Assembly: GCA_040357565.1 (NCBI GenBank)
Contig: JBDODJ010000009.1
Reading direction: 5' to 3' (one strand)
DNA: 64,000 bases
Source of the DNA: Cercozoa sp. M6MM
Taxonomy: Eukaryota; Protista; Endomyxa: Ascetosporea
The notes under the pieces were generated by a model that saw only the letters and a program-made list of their open reading frames with translations, made no database searches and had not been told where the DNA came from. The position numbers were made by a program, and so were the translations under genes. This document shows, one piece after another, positions 36,105 to 50,000 of this stretch; positions within the stretch are counted from its first letter, which is position 1; each line of letters starts with the position of its first letter.

Positions 36105-39060
36105 CTACTTCTTGCCGCGCGCCTTCTTGCCCTTGCCCTTGTGCGTCTGCTTTTGTCGCTTAATGCGACGCACGAGGTCCGAGGCCGAGGAGCCCTTCTC
36201 CGAGGACTCCTGGTTGCCAGGCCGCTGGCGTCGCTTCTGTGCCTTGCCCTTGGCGGCAGCAGAGGCACGCGCCTGCGCCTTGTGGTGTCGTCGCTCGCGA
36301 GTTTTCTCGAGCACCTGCTCCATCACCTTGGTGTCGCGGTACAGTGCACTCGTGCGGTCGATCGCAAAGGCCGGGTCGTCGAACACGGCACTGAAGCGCG
36401 AGTCCGTCTCGATGTCGACTTCAACCTCCTGCTGCTTCTGTGCGTCGGCGAGCGAGATCCCTGCCGTGATATATCAGGATAGAGGGAGACATTAGAGGCA
36501 CAGGGGGGAGGGAGAGTACCTTTCTTGGCCAGCTTCTTGGCGAGACGCTTTCGCTTGGACTTGGATTTGCCTATGTAATAGGCCATGAAACAATGCGTGA
36601 GCATGGAAACACACTAAACGTACTCAGAGCGTGCTGTTCCACGAGATCGCGCATGTCAAAGTCCTCCATCTGTTCCTCACCGGCATCTTCGGCCATCTGA
36701 ACAAACGGGGTGCGAGGGGGGAGGGGTAGTAGAAGGGTAAAGCCAAAAGTACAAGAAGCTCGAGCTGCTCGCGCTGCCTTCTCTTCTCGTCCTCGTCGAG
36801 CTCGTCTTCCTCTTGGTCGTCCTTCTGCTTCTGCTTGTGCGACTTCTTCTTCTTGCCGTCCTTAGCCTTTTCCTCCTGTACTCATGCAGACATACACACC
36901 CGGGGGAGGGGTAGGCGGCAAGAAGCAGCGACGTACCGGCGCATCAAAACCCTCGCCGAACACTTCGTCAGCGTTGAAGAAATCGTCGTCCTCGAGTTCC
37001 TCATGCTCGCCGTCGGACACGAGCTGTCCTCACAAGGCAAAAACGTAATGCGATCAATGCAAAGAAGCACCCAAACGTACCGCATCATCGCCGTAGCCAG
37101 TGTCGACTTCCTCTGCAGCGGTGGCTTGCTTGGCTTGCTATACATAACACCCATATCCTCTCATATGTGCACGTACAACCACACCTAACCCGTCTACACA
37201 GTTACCTTGCGTTCACGTCGCTCGCGCTGCTCACGTTCCAGTACACTCTCCTTCTCTTGCTCTTGGCGTGCCTACACAGTGATAAACACTACCTACAAGG
37301 ACAGGGAGGGAAGAAGGGTAGAGGCCACTACCTTCATGTTCTGCAGCATGTTCTCGCCGACCGAGCGCAGCCCGGTGCGGAACGTGACGGTGAGACCGCA
37401 GTCGCTGTCATCGTCGTCGCTGTCACTGTCATCGTCGCTGTCACTGTCGCCGGAACTGTCACTGTCAGCATCGTCGTCGCTGTCCTCCTTGTCCGAGAGA
37501 CGCGAGCCGTCCAGCGCGATACCGGCGTCGGCCAGCAGCGCGGCGTACTTGGCACGCTCGGCCGGATCGATGCGTGCGCGCTCGGCCTCGTCGTCGTCGC
37601 TGTCGTCATCGTCGTCGCTGTCGCCTGTGCCAAGCACAAAGCTAGTGCAGACAACGAAAGAGGTACAGGCAAATAATAAAGAGTACGAGCGAGACGAATG
37701 ACGCCCTCGTCGTCGCCACTGTCGGCCATGTACTGCTGGAGATCCATCTGCTGCAGCTGGCCCTCCGAGAAGCGGCGCAGTGCCGTCTCTTGCACCTCGG
37801 CATCCTCGTTGTCCCAGGACAGACCCACCTACATCCACACACACACGCATGCACTGAGACAACGACAAAGGATAGTGGGAGGTAAGACTCACCTTGGTGT
37901 GCTGCAAGGCCTGCGTGTAGAAGGCAGCAGGCGGCGTGTAGTCGGCCGGCACCGACTTGGCCTCGTCGCGCAGCGGTCGCACGCCTTCCACTTCCAGCTC
38001 GTCCGGGATGAAACGCAGGTCCAGCACGTTGCTACGGACCAGGAGTTAAAGGGGCAAAGAGAAGGTGGGCCGAAAATGGGGGGGGGGGCAAGGTACCTGG
38101 TGGCCTCCAGCTCGAGGCCGTCGCACTGGTCGTAGATACGCTTGGCTGTGGCAACGTCGCGGCACTTGACGAGAGCAAAGTAGTAGCGCATCTTCTCCAC
38201 CTCCCAACGACGCAGCTTCTCCTGGTCGAACTCCTCGCCGTTCCTGTCCGAGTCGTCGCCACTGTCAGCCTCCTCCGAATCGCCGTCACTGTCGCTACCC
38301 TCGTCACTGCCCTTGTTCTTGACAGCCTCCTTGGTGTCCTTGCCGGACTGACCCTGAGTGTCGGTGGAGCTGCTGCTGGACAGCAGAGCGGTGGGACCCA
38401 ACACAGCCTCCTTGGCCATACGCTCCTCGCCGAAGGAGGAGACGTGCACGCCGACGCTCTCGATGCCGTCGGGAGTGCCGGCGAACGAGCGCAGCATCAC
38501 CAGCAGGTCCACGGCGCGCCAGTGCGCCCAGTCGAGTGCCATGATCACCAGTCGCTTCGTGCAGCCCTTCTCGGCGTCCTCGATGCTGAGACTCTCATCG
38601 CCCGGCAGCGGCTCGGCCTCCTCCGACTCTGACTCAACGTCCGACTCCGAATCCGAGTCGCTCGATGAGGCGTACTCGCCCATCTGGTCACGCAGCGCGT
38701 CCAGACCGCGTGTCTCCTCCTGCGCCTGCTCCGGCTGCTCCAGCACATCGGGTGTCTCGGCCTCCTTCAGCTGGAAACGCTTGTCTTCCTGCTCGGGCTG
38801 CCGGCGACGCGGCAGACGCTTGAAACTGCATACACACGCAGGGAACCAGTCAGTACCCTACAGTGGGACAACAAAAAGAGATACCGAGGGTCACTCAGTG
38901 CCTTGGAGAAACGCGGGTCCTCCATGCCGCGCGGACGGTTTTGCGTGCGAGCGCCGCCTCTGCCACGACCTCTGCCGCGCCCTCTGCCCCGGCCTCTGCC
39001 TCGGCCTCCACCGCGCCGCGCACCGCCGTTTCGCTGGCCGCCGCGATTGTTCGGCGCCAT
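36105..39060 (-). CDS. ESF1: Pre-rRNA processing protein ESF1 (NUC153 domain)
   Basis: EDPRFSKALSDP|RF, TKRLVIMALDW..AVDLLVMLRSF, SSFGEERMAKE, EKLRRWEVEKMRYYFALV, IYDQCDGLELE|..LDLRFIPD, DSRFSAVFDDPAFAID; RGG-rich N-terminus. Confidence 0.96.
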
Positions 39061-39266
39061 AATATTCAGCTCACAAACGTGCGTGTACACTCCGGCACCC
39101 GTACGGCGAATTAGCTTGCCGCGTGGTGCTCTGGTCAGCGAAAATATTTATTTTATCATTTTCGTCCATTTGTACGTTATAGTACTGCAGTAGCCTTAAC
39201 TAGCCTTTGCCCAGCCCGCTGAGCCCCGTTTGCCTACCCAGGGGTGACGAATTACTCTCGCGAGAC

Positions 39267-40373
39267 ATGTCTAAGGTGCTTAACATCTTGGAGTGCTACA
39301 TTTTCTTTTCCCAAAGTGTTCTGCGTTTCTGACCCTGTGGCTGTATGCGTGTGAGTAGGCCTCGAAGAACGATAAGGCGGAACGCTTCGTGCGGCCGACG
39401 CTTGTCAAGGCGCACACTCGTCCGGTCGTCTGTGTTGTCTTCAACAAGGAGGGTACCATTTGCAGTGATTTGTTTTCGACGTTTGTTGCGTTTCTTGGAT
39501 TCTGTGTTGTTTGTTTCTAGGCGACCTGTTCGCCACGTGCGGCAAGGACAAGCCGATCTCACTCTTCTACTCGCGCAACTGCGAGCGTATCGGTAGTGTT
39601 CTATCCATTAACGAGTTGTCTCCCGTAGCTTATATTTTGACCGTGCAGGCACGTTCGATGGCCATGAGGGTTCCGTCTACGAGATCTGCATGGACGGTAG
39701 GCCCTATTCTGCCTTTCCTCTCATGTTGTCGCATCTGGCTAATCACTGCATGCACAGGCAAGTCAAAGTTCCTCTTGTCTGCCTCGGCCGACTACACTGT
39801 ACTCCGTGTTCTGCGCGTCCGTGTGTGCGCGGTGCCAAAGGAAAGCACCGTTTCTTAACCTTATAGGCGCGCGTGTGGAACCTGCTGACGGGCGAGGAAA
39901 TCCAAAAGTTTGAGTTTCAGTCTCCGGCGCGTTCGGTGCATTTCTCGAACGACGACAAGATGTTCCTCGTCGTGGTAGGCCCTTTCTAATGACTTTGTGT
40001 TTGTGAATGTATTTGTGTGTATGTGTATGTGTGGGAGAACAGGGCGATCAAGCCATGGGACAGCAGGCCTCGGTGTTCCTGTTCAAGCGCGGCGATGATG
40101 GCGAGTTCGTTGACAACCGCCGCGAGATCGCTCGTGCCTCGCACAAGGGCAAAATCCGTAACCTGGAGTTTTACCCACTGTGTCTACACCTCTCTACACC
40201 TCTTCTGCGTCTTTCCAGTGCGTGCCCGCTTTGTTGACAACAACGAGAACGTTCTCACGATGGTGCGCTTTGCTTTGGGTTTGATGTACACACGCATGCT
40301 CGTGTGTTGGACAGGGTGACGATGGCTACCTGCGTAAGTTCAGCGTCGAGAGCGGCGAGCAAGTCGCTGAGGT

Positions 40374-40423
<50 letters not shown>

Positions 40424-41167
40424 GTGTGTGCTGATATACATACACACATCACGCACATGCTACCTCCCTGTAGCTCCTTGCGACTGTTGACTGTAATATA
40501 GGTGCGTGCGAGTCGCGAAGCACTGACGCACATGAAGCTGTCGCCGGACCAGTGCATGGTATGTCCCTTGCAGATCCTTTAAGTAGGGTGCATGGATGCT
40601 TATCTGTGTGTGCAGGTGCTGGTGGGCAGCAAGGACATGAATGCGCGACTATTCGACGTCGAGACGCTCGAGTTGCTCAAGACCTACAAGACCGACACGC
40701 CTGTCAATGGCGTCGACTTCCACCCCACGCGCGACATCATTGTCCTGGTACACTCTCACTTGACCTGTCTTGACTGTCTTGACTTGACTTGACTGACCTG
40801 TCTGGCAGGGCGGTGGCCAGGACGCCCGTGATGTCACACAGACCGCCGCTGCGTCGTAATATTTGCTTTCTGCTCGCTGTGTCTGTGATGTTTGTTTAAT
40901 ACGTGTGCACGTACAGCGGCAAGTTCGAGTCGCACTTCTACCACATTGTGTACGAGGAGAAGCTGTACTCAGTGCGTGGCCATTTCTCGCCCATTAACGC
41001 CATTGCTGTGTCGCCCGATGGCACGCGCTTCATCAGGTACCTCCTACTTTCTTTGACGTTGCTCGTGATGCCTGCATTCTTAACGCTTGTTGTGCAGTGG
41101 CGCCGAAGAAGGTATCGCCCGTATGCACGTATTCCCGGACGGCTTCGTCAATGACAATGCGTTCTAA
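39267..41167 (+). CDS. EIF3I: Translation initiation factor eIF3 subunit I (TIF34)
   Basis: RPTLVKAHTRP..FNKE|GDLFATCGKD, GTFDGHEG, LKTYKTDTPVN, GGQDARDVT, GKFESHFYH, VRGHFSPINAIAVSPDG, GAEEG. Confidence 0.97.
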
Positions 41168-41292
41168 CTGGAGGCCTGACTCCGCAGTGCTGTGGTTAAT
41201 TAGTCAAAGTTATTTCGTACTTTGCTTTTGCTTCTGCTTCAGCTGAGCGTTGGACGCGGGGCGTCTCGGTCTGTCTTGTCAGGCAGTCGGAT

Positions 41293-44200
41293 TTACCAAA
41301 CCTTGCACTTTTCCTGCGGGTTCATGCGAGTGCCAGCGGCACATTGAAAGGCTTCGGCGACTGCGCGCGTGGCCACACAGGAACCAACATGAAAACAGGG
41401 CTACTATTTGCTTTTGAGACATGGGCCAACTGTACATTCGGGAGAGTTCTGCAAGGTGCCAATCACGCGGAATCGGTGCGGCGCGTGCGGGTCAATCTGG
41501 CAGACAGAGAGGTGCAAGGAAAGGAACCCTAGAGGGAGAAAGGCCCTCAACGAAACGAGGGAAAATGTACCGTGAGACGGTCGATGGCGTTGTTCTCGTT
41601 GATACTGCCGCACCACACGTTAGCAAACGCAACAAAAAACAGTTGCTCAGGGGTCCATGAGTTGAGCGGAGCCTGCAGCGGTCAAATCTCTCTGTGTGGA
41701 CGCACACATTCACAAAATACAAACTCCAAAAAGATACCGGGAGTGGTAGTTTGTGCTGTGCCGGCGCTTGCGACTGCCAGGCCTTGTAGCTTAGTCCGAG
41801 TCCTATGGGAATAGGGTGGAGTGGGTTGGGCTTAAAGGGGTAAAGCTACCGCCATTGTCGGCAATGTTCTCGCCGAGAGTGAGGGTGCCATTGACACCGT
41901 GCGCAAAGTACTCAAACGACGAGTACTGATCGTTCACGCACTACCAAAGGCATCATGGCGGGTAGACGAGTACGAGTGGGGGGGGGGGGGGTAAAACTCG
42001 CTAGTACCATGGCACGCTGCTCAAACGCTGCTCGCGATTCCGGTGTCCACCACTACAAGAGGACAAGTTCGTAGGGTGGTGGTATGGGGTAAAGACACTA
42101 CTGAATGCAAGCGGCCGTCCTTATCGTATTGCGAACCTTCGTCGTCGAAACCGTGAGTCAACTCGTGCCCCTATCCAGGTGAAGGAGGTAAAGTAGGGAG
42201 TAAAGTTGGGGTTAAGTATGGGTAAAGTGTGTGGGGGTATAGGGGGAAGTAAGAGGGTAAAGGGCTAAAGTGGGGAGGTAGGGGTAAGGCTACGATAACG
42301 ACGCCGATGCCCCCCGCATTGAACGACGCCGGCAGGTCACTATCATAGCAAAGCCGACGAGGAGTAAGGGGGTAAAGAGGGGTGGGGGGGGGGGGGGGTA
42401 AACACCGGTGGAAGAAGGGCGGTTGCAGAATGCCCGCTGGGAACACGATTTCATTCGACTACCAACAAAGGATAGTAAAGGTAGGTAGGTAGGGGGGGGG
42501 TAAAACTACACTCGGGTCGTAGTAGGCATTGACGGTGGGCGGCGACATGTCGAAGCTATGTTGACGATCCACCGGAGTGCCGGCCTTGTCGTAGTTCTTC
42601 CGCGCGTCCTGTTTAGCCCATTCCAGTCCAGTCCAGTCCAGTTTAGTCCAGTCCAACCAAGTTCACTTGCACATATGTACATTGCCCCCTTAATAAAGTA
42701 GTACCGCCTGCGCGAACTGCGTCAGTGTCGCCAGCAGCGCCGTCGACTCGTCGAACGGTTTGTGCACGTACTCGGCCGCCAACGCAGCGTCGTCCAGTAG
42801 CCAGTCCTATGAGTGATACATATGCTGTCCTTTCGTACAAATGGACAGTAGAAATGGACAGTACAAATGGATCAAACCGTACCGGGTGTCCAATCTTGGG
42901 TCGAACCGAATGCGCCTTCTCGTCGGCCTTGTGACGCGTGTCGTCGTCGAGCCACGACATCTCCGGCAACTGCTCGCGAAACGTCTCGCGGACTGGGGAT
43001 AAAGGGGTATAAGGAGGTAAGATGGTGGGTAAGATGGGAGTAAGATAAGGGGCAAAAGGTACTCGACTCAATCATAGTGTCGGCAGTCGCCTTGGAGTCG
43101 CCAGCAAACGCACGCGACACGAACAATCGACCCGCCAGCATTGGGTACTGCTCGTCCACCTGCGGCGGGGGGGGGGGGTAAAGGAGATAAATATAGGGAA
43201 GCAAAACCCACCAATGCAAGGCACCGCTCCGACCGCGGTCGTTCCGAAACGCCACTGAAGGCTTCGTTGAACGCATTGACCTGGGGGGTAAAGGGGGTAA
43301 AAGGAGGTAAGAGCGGCAGGAGGGTAACAAAGGCAGCTACCTCCTGGCGCACCTCGTGCGACAAGTAGTGCAGAAAAGGTCGTGCCACGTGCCAACGGAG
43401 AAACGCCTCCACCGTCTCAGTGTCAAAGTCGGTGACCACTCCAACACACCGTTCGATCAGTCGCGTATTGCGGACCAGCACGTATGGCACCTCCTGTGCC
43501 GTCAGTACCGACCAGTACTACTCGGGGGGGGGGGGGGGGNNNNNNNNNNNNNNNNNNNNNNNNNNNNNNNNNNNNNNNNNNNNNNNNNNNNNNNNNNNNN
43601 NNNNNNNNNNNNNNNNNNNNNNNNNNNNNNNNNNNNNNNCCCCCAAAAAGGGCAACTGGGAGGGGTACCAGGATCACGTCGCTGTACGCGCGTCATGTGC
43701 AACTCGGCCTACCATAGGTTATCAGGGGGGGGGGGGGTAAAGGGTAAGAGAGCAAGAGGGGGTAAGATGGTAAGAGGTATACGAGGGGGTAAGAGGTCAA
43801 ACAGCCTACCAACGCAGTCTCCAATTCGAGCACACGCGTGCCGTTGACATTGTCGAATCCGAGCAGTCCAAGCACCGCTTCAACGTGTGCCACAAAGAGC
43901 TCACTTCGGGGCGGGTAAGGGTAGAAAGGGGGTAAAGATCGACATGACACAGTGGTACCGCTTGTGCTGAAATTCATCGCCAAAGTAATCAGCCAGCGGG
44001 AGTGACAGTGTCCCTGATAAAGGTCAGAGGGGTAGGGGGGGGGGTAAAAGGGAAGGGTGTGAAGAGGGGGTAAGAGGGGTAAAACCCTGGTCCAGTTCCA
44101 TGATGTGCGTCAGAGGGTCGCGATCGTCAACACCGACACCCGAGGCGAAGATCATGCCGTAACCAGCACTGTGCAGTGACTCGAGTTCTCGTTGCAGGTG

Positions 44201-45189
44201 TTCCCGGTCAGCGCCGACCTCGATAGCCGACATGCGTGCCTCCATCTGACTCATACCGGCACTCACTGCTCGGGGGGAGGGGGGTAGGTCAAGAACAAGG
44301 GGATACGGGACAACAATACTATCAGAAGAACGGTCGGCAGCACAGGTGTCGTACAACTCGAGTGCTGGTCGCACCACCGACGGTGCTTCGCTGATGTGCG
44401 CCACGTCGAACTCATCGTCCAACGCGCCACTTTTCGGATCGAAAATGCGGCGTAACAAAGCGTTGTTCCTGAGTTTTCAAACGTCCATTGCCTCTTTACC
44501 CCCCCGACCCGATGAAGTTGTACCGTTTGGAAAGCACGTCAAAGTTTGAGTAAGAAGACCGGTCGGCAGGGCGCGGGTTTACCATGGCCCAGTTGCCGCA
44601 CACTGAGGGAGCAGCGCTGAACAGGCAACGAAGGGCAAATACAAAGCTGAAGTACCGTGCTGGTAAAAGTCATCGCACGGGTCCACAGTCAACTGGACAA
44701 TGTACAGACATGTAAAGAATAAAACAAGAGCTGGATAAAGTAAAGGAGATATAGTGAGACTGTGTTAGAGTTTCAGCAATTGTACATCGACGCTCTGAGA
44801 CAGTTGCGACGCCAGTGCCACACCTGTGAGGAAGAACCATTCCAATCCGAAATTGAAAACCAAAAAAACACGGGACTCCAGGGAAGAACACTAAAGCATA
44901 GGTTGGATACAGGTCGGAGTGAGACAAATCTCGTCCGAAGCGCCGCTTTGTCCGTCTTGCTTTTGCTGGTCATTCCCGCCGCTCTGCTGACCACCTGCTG
45001 GAGATTTGCCAGAGAACACTTCCAGGGCCTTTAGGTACCAGAAAATAAGCTGCTACCTGTGCTTACGACGATTAATAAAATCAGAACCACGAGCGACAAA
45101 ACGGCCGCCAAAGAAAACCTGTTTGTTTTACGATGGCAACTATATTCGGTGAACTCAAGTCCTGCAGTTTCGCTCCTGTTGTTTACCAT
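41293..45189 (-). CDS. M13 family (neprilysin/ECE-like) type II membrane zinc metallopeptidase; spans a 100-N gap
   Basis: N-terminal TM anchor, ICLTPTC, CGNW, VNAYYDP, NEIVFPAGILQPPFF, GHELTHGFDDEG (HExxH), TLGENIADNGG, DPHAPHRFRVIGTLQNS, MNPQEKCKVW-TAA. Confidence 0.96.
43540..43639. other. Assembly gap (100 N) inside the M13 gene
   Basis: Run of N flanked by G and C runs. Confidence 1.
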
Positions 45190-45653
45190 CGACTCTCGCG
45201 GCGCGTGCGAGGCCTGCAGCTGCCACAGAGCTTGGACCGATTGTCCACCACCACTAGCTCGTCGTCTCGGCTGGCCACATAAAGCAGAGTGGTGTGCCAT
45301 GCCAATGATCAGACAAGTCTGTGCAGCCTGTCTGCTGTACAAGTACCTCTCGACATCGAGCTCTTCAAAACGCCGCATTATTGGTCACTAGATCGGCCTG
45401 CAGATACTTTGTCGTGCCCGGCAGTCGCCGTGCCACTAGCAAAAACAAACTAGAAAAGCACCACGACCCCGTCCCAGCTGCAAGACCATTTGGACCACGA
45501 ATTGTACTGTGCTGTAGCCAGTTTCCTCAGAGTGTTATCCAGGGCTGCCGCGCGTCGATCCACGAGTGGTCTTGTTTCAGCAGTTGTCATTAGCTGTAGC
45601 GCACGTCAAACAGTCGTCGTTTCAGTCAATTTCACTGGCCCCACAGTCCAGAA

Positions 45654-46456
45654 ATGTCGCAGAACTTCGCTGTCAACTTCCTTAACGCCGACGGTCTGAA
45701 CCGGATCGGTAAGCTACCAAGCATGCGCACACGCGTTGGTCGCAAGACTTCAATGCCACTTTTTGATTGTGTTGTGGTCCTTTGTTCAATGTGTCATGTT
45801 TATTTCTGTTTGTTGCAGCGCACCCTCTTCTCGTGGAGAAGCAGGAGAAGAAGGCTCTTGAGCTTGTCACGGCTGCGTGCGAGCAGGGCACGCTCCTTCG
45901 CGGTAAAGTCGCTGCTGGTCGTTCTTGTATGGATGCTCATGTTTGTGTGCGTGGATGCAGGCATCAAGGAGGTGATGCGCGCCACGAGACAGGGCAAGAA
46001 GGGCCTCGTTCTGCTTGGTATGTCATTGCACAGTTGTTTTGATAGTTTGTGTGCGTCTTCTGTATGACACGTTGCATTTCTTTGTCTGCACAGCCGGCAA
46101 CGTGTCGCCGATCGACGTGATCGCTCACGTGCCGATGCTGTGCGAGGAGCAGGGCCTGCCCTACGCCTACGTGCGAGCCAAGGAGGTATCACTGCATCTA
46201 CCTGATTGACTGCTTCAATACTTTTGATCCCGCCACGCAGGACCTCGGTGCCGCCGCCAAGACCAAGCGCAGCACGTGCGTCGTCATGATCCTTGACAAG
46301 AAGGTACCATGCCCTCGCTCTCGCAGCGTCGTGTCTGTCTGTACACATCGGATGTCCCGGCGTGTGTCACGTAAGCAGGATGCTGCTGACTTCCACTCGT
46401 CGTACAAGAAGCTGTCCAAGAAGTTGCAGGAGCTTGACACGGTGCCGCAGCAGTAA
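45654..46456 (+). CDS. NHP2: H/ACA RNP subunit NHP2 (L7Ae family)
   Basis: IAHPL, [61 protein letters not shown]. Confidence 0.95.
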
Positions 46457-47038
46457 ACTAAAGGTCCGCTTTCGCGATCCGATTCGCGTCTTGTCGTCGA
46501 CGATTCGATTCTGTGACGGCTTGACGGCTCAATTTAGTTAAATTTCGGCTCTAGATCTGACAGACTAGCTATAGGTTTTTGGATACTGATACCTACGATA
46601 CCGCGCTGTGCCTGCCGCTACCGACCCGTCGCGCCTCGCCTGGAGCCTACGTTAGTTCACCTTCGCCAGCATCTGCCAGAGTGGCATGCCAATTTTCTCA
46701 GAGACTGGCTGACCTAGGGTGGTTGTACCAGGAAGGTCGGCCGAGGGCATGCTAGAAGGCCCGACCGGCGTAGATACAGGTGCAAACTATTCACTCATTC
46801 ACTAACTAACACAGATTACGTTTTACGTTGGTTGGTTGGCTTACTCTGGCCAGTCTATAAGCCGCCACACATGCGCCAACGCGAATGGCTGTGAGGACTC
46901 CGTGCACCTTGTCAAAGTTTCGGGAATCACGTCGACACTGAAAAGCTACAGTAATTCACATCTAATCAACTTTGCGTCGGTCACGGGCTGCTGACGGCTT
47001 TGATAAATAAACTTGTAGCCGTCGACTCCGAGTTGAAG

Positions 47039-50000
47039 TCAAGACGGCTCTTGCATTTCGAGAGTAGACGCACTTGCGACAGTTGGATTGGCACCAGTGG
47101 CGTCATTTGTTTTCCTATTGCTCCGAGTCGCCGTCGAGTGAGCTTCTACGTTTTTGACAGCACACTTCAGAAAGCATGGTTGGGTACCAAAGGTAGACAT
47201 TAGTACCGTATGACTGGCCTGCACTGCACTCGGGTTCGACGCCTATCGTAGTGAGACAAGTGAGTCGAGTAGCTGTGTCGGACGAAAGATGACCAGTGTG
47301 TACCTGGCCAAGCGACCGTCCCGCAGGAGATGATGCGCACAAACGCGCCGACAGTGTTGCGAGAACACCAGAAAATGCCGGCGAAACACAGCGGCAGAAA
47401 GAGGAAGCCAATGCGCATGACACTGCACAAACACAGACACAGTCGCAAGTAGAGATGACAGAACTCGAGAGTGTTCTCCTAACTTACATGTCCAGACCGG
47501 GTGGGAACAAGTACGCGTACGATTTGGCCTTGCATGCTTCAAAAGCCTATGGCAGCAATAGAACAGTGTGAGAACAGTTTGGGTAGAGGCAAGTAACTTT
47601 ACCTGACTCTCGAGCAAGGCGAGGCACTCAGTTTTGCCAATATCGGAGGGACACTGATCCAACGAACCTTCGCGCTCGAGCTACCAGATACAAACGCACT
47701 TGCTTTGTGTCCAACCATATGTTGAATCGAGCACCTCATGAAGTAGATCGAGGAACTGGAACTCTTCGGCCACGCACGTGGTCTGTTGTACCACTTTTGA
47801 GAAATACAAAGGCAGGGTCCGGTAAGGGAGGTACCAGAAGGCGTGCCTCCTCTTCAAACTTGCTCAATGAAATTGCCACTGATAAATGAAAGCAACATGA
47901 AGAGATAATTTATAGCAAGCAAGCTGCGTGCCAAAATACACTGCAGAAAGAAGGCGAACAATAGTGCCAGCGTGATCAAGTAGAGAGGAACGAAGATTGC
48001 GAACTTGAGCAGTGCTTTGACTGTGTCGAAACGACGCACCTACACAAGAGACAAACAGAAACTCTAATCTTAAACCAAGGATGTGGAGAACTCTATACCG
48101 AACAAGCAGCTCGGAGTGCGTCCATCAACAGTGTACACTGCAGCAGGAAACCAATGCCGAGTAAGGTCACGTGTGGCACCAGAAAGCACCTGCATGTGTC
48201 AGCAAACTCTATGACTGACCCTGGAGTGGGATGCTGTGGACATGCGCTGAGGTACCAAGTGATCCACGTCGTGCCTTGTTCCGACGAGATGAAACAGAGT
48301 GGTGAGCCCGGATTAAACCTGTGCAACCAACTACCAGCTGTTTAGGTTAATTCCGAAGAAGCACAGATACCTGGTCTGCCCAGCTGCGGTAGGAGCGACC
48401 GCACACACCAGCGACAGTGTCCACGCAAAGGCGTGCATGTACTTCTCGTAGTCAGCCAGTGCAGCGATCGAACTGCCGCTTCGTAGTGACACGACAATCT
48501 GTCAGACCAGGTATCAGTATGCACACACAATACTTACGATGTGGAGACGAGGTAAAGACAGTACTATTGCAGTGTACCATGTAGAACAAGGCCACGCAAA
48601 AGAGGGACCACCAGCATGACATTGCGATCGAGCCAAACACGAAGAAAAATGCCTGTGCCGCACACGCCGAACCGTCGTTCGACTGGGTTTCTATCCTCAC
48701 CAAAGTAGGTAGTGTACAGGTCGGCTAAAAAGACCTACTGGGCAGGTAGTACCGCTGCCTTCCTTGCACTCGTCGACGCTCATTAGCAGCGACACGGAGA
48801 ACACGAGCAGTGCCGCCGCAAAGTACGCCGCGATACGCGACGGAAACTGCCGCTTGGTCTCGTAGCCCTGAGACAATAGGTACGTACGCATGATGCACAG
48901 GTGTATACGCATGCAGTGTACCATCCATGTGACAACAACGAGCAGGGAAGCAATGACTCCGATGACACCAGCGGCCAGCAGAAGAGCGTCCATCGACTCC
49001 TGTGTCTCTTCCGAGTACCCTCGTGGTGCCGGGCATACTGTACAGTACGCCTTTGATCTACAAGACACGTATAAGGATTGGGACAAGGACTACCCATGGC
49101 ACAGTCGCTGCCATCATCGGTTTGTCTCAACGGGAACAAGCATTGCTTCTGCAGAGGGAAGTATCTCTGAAGACTCGCTGCAAGAGGGCCAAAGTACCTT
49201 GAGTTGCGACTGTGTTCGTGCAGACTCCAAGTCGAGGCCTGTACAGCACCCCCTGGTCTAAGTGACAGCCCTCCGAACTTAACTCAGCTTACACTGAGCG
49301 CGTGTGCGATTGAAGGCGTTGTCTTCGTACCAGTAGTTCTAATGGATGAAAGAGTAACACATATCTGAGAAGTGGGATACAGGAGGAGCAGTACAGAGGA
49401 CCCGTTGTAGGGCAGTGCTAACGTCACTTCATCCAGCGCGTATCGGTAAGTCGGGTCGCGTGCCCACCTATCATACTCACAGTACACCTGCACATGGGAT
49501 TACACACTAGAGACACACCTATGCCCAAGAGCGTAGTCGCCGAAATCAAAGGCATGGCATGGCACGTCGAATGAGACAGCCTCCAGGGCCACCTCAAGTG
49601 CCGGACAGCGTTTCCGAATGCCTTCGCATGCTATACGTGTACCAGCACAATACTGGTATCTCAAACAACTGTCATGGAGGAAAGAGAGGAGCTAATACAG
49701 GTGAGACACACTGGCAAACGAAACACCTCCTGCCTAGTGTACTCGGATACGGTGGCCGGCGGTACGCCTTCGCCCGAGTCACTAAGCAACCAATCCACTC
49801 AGTCACGTAGCTGTACACAAGCGTAAATACAGCATACCCAGGCTCTGACCAGGTGTAGTTCAGCGCCGAACCCTCCGGGTGGTTGACAATGAGACCCGGT
49901 ACTGGGAGTAACCACCTACGGTTTGGTACTGCATCAGATAACTCGACCAGCAAGAACCAAGGTACCAGCAGATAAACATGTAGGCCAGAGCCAGACATTC

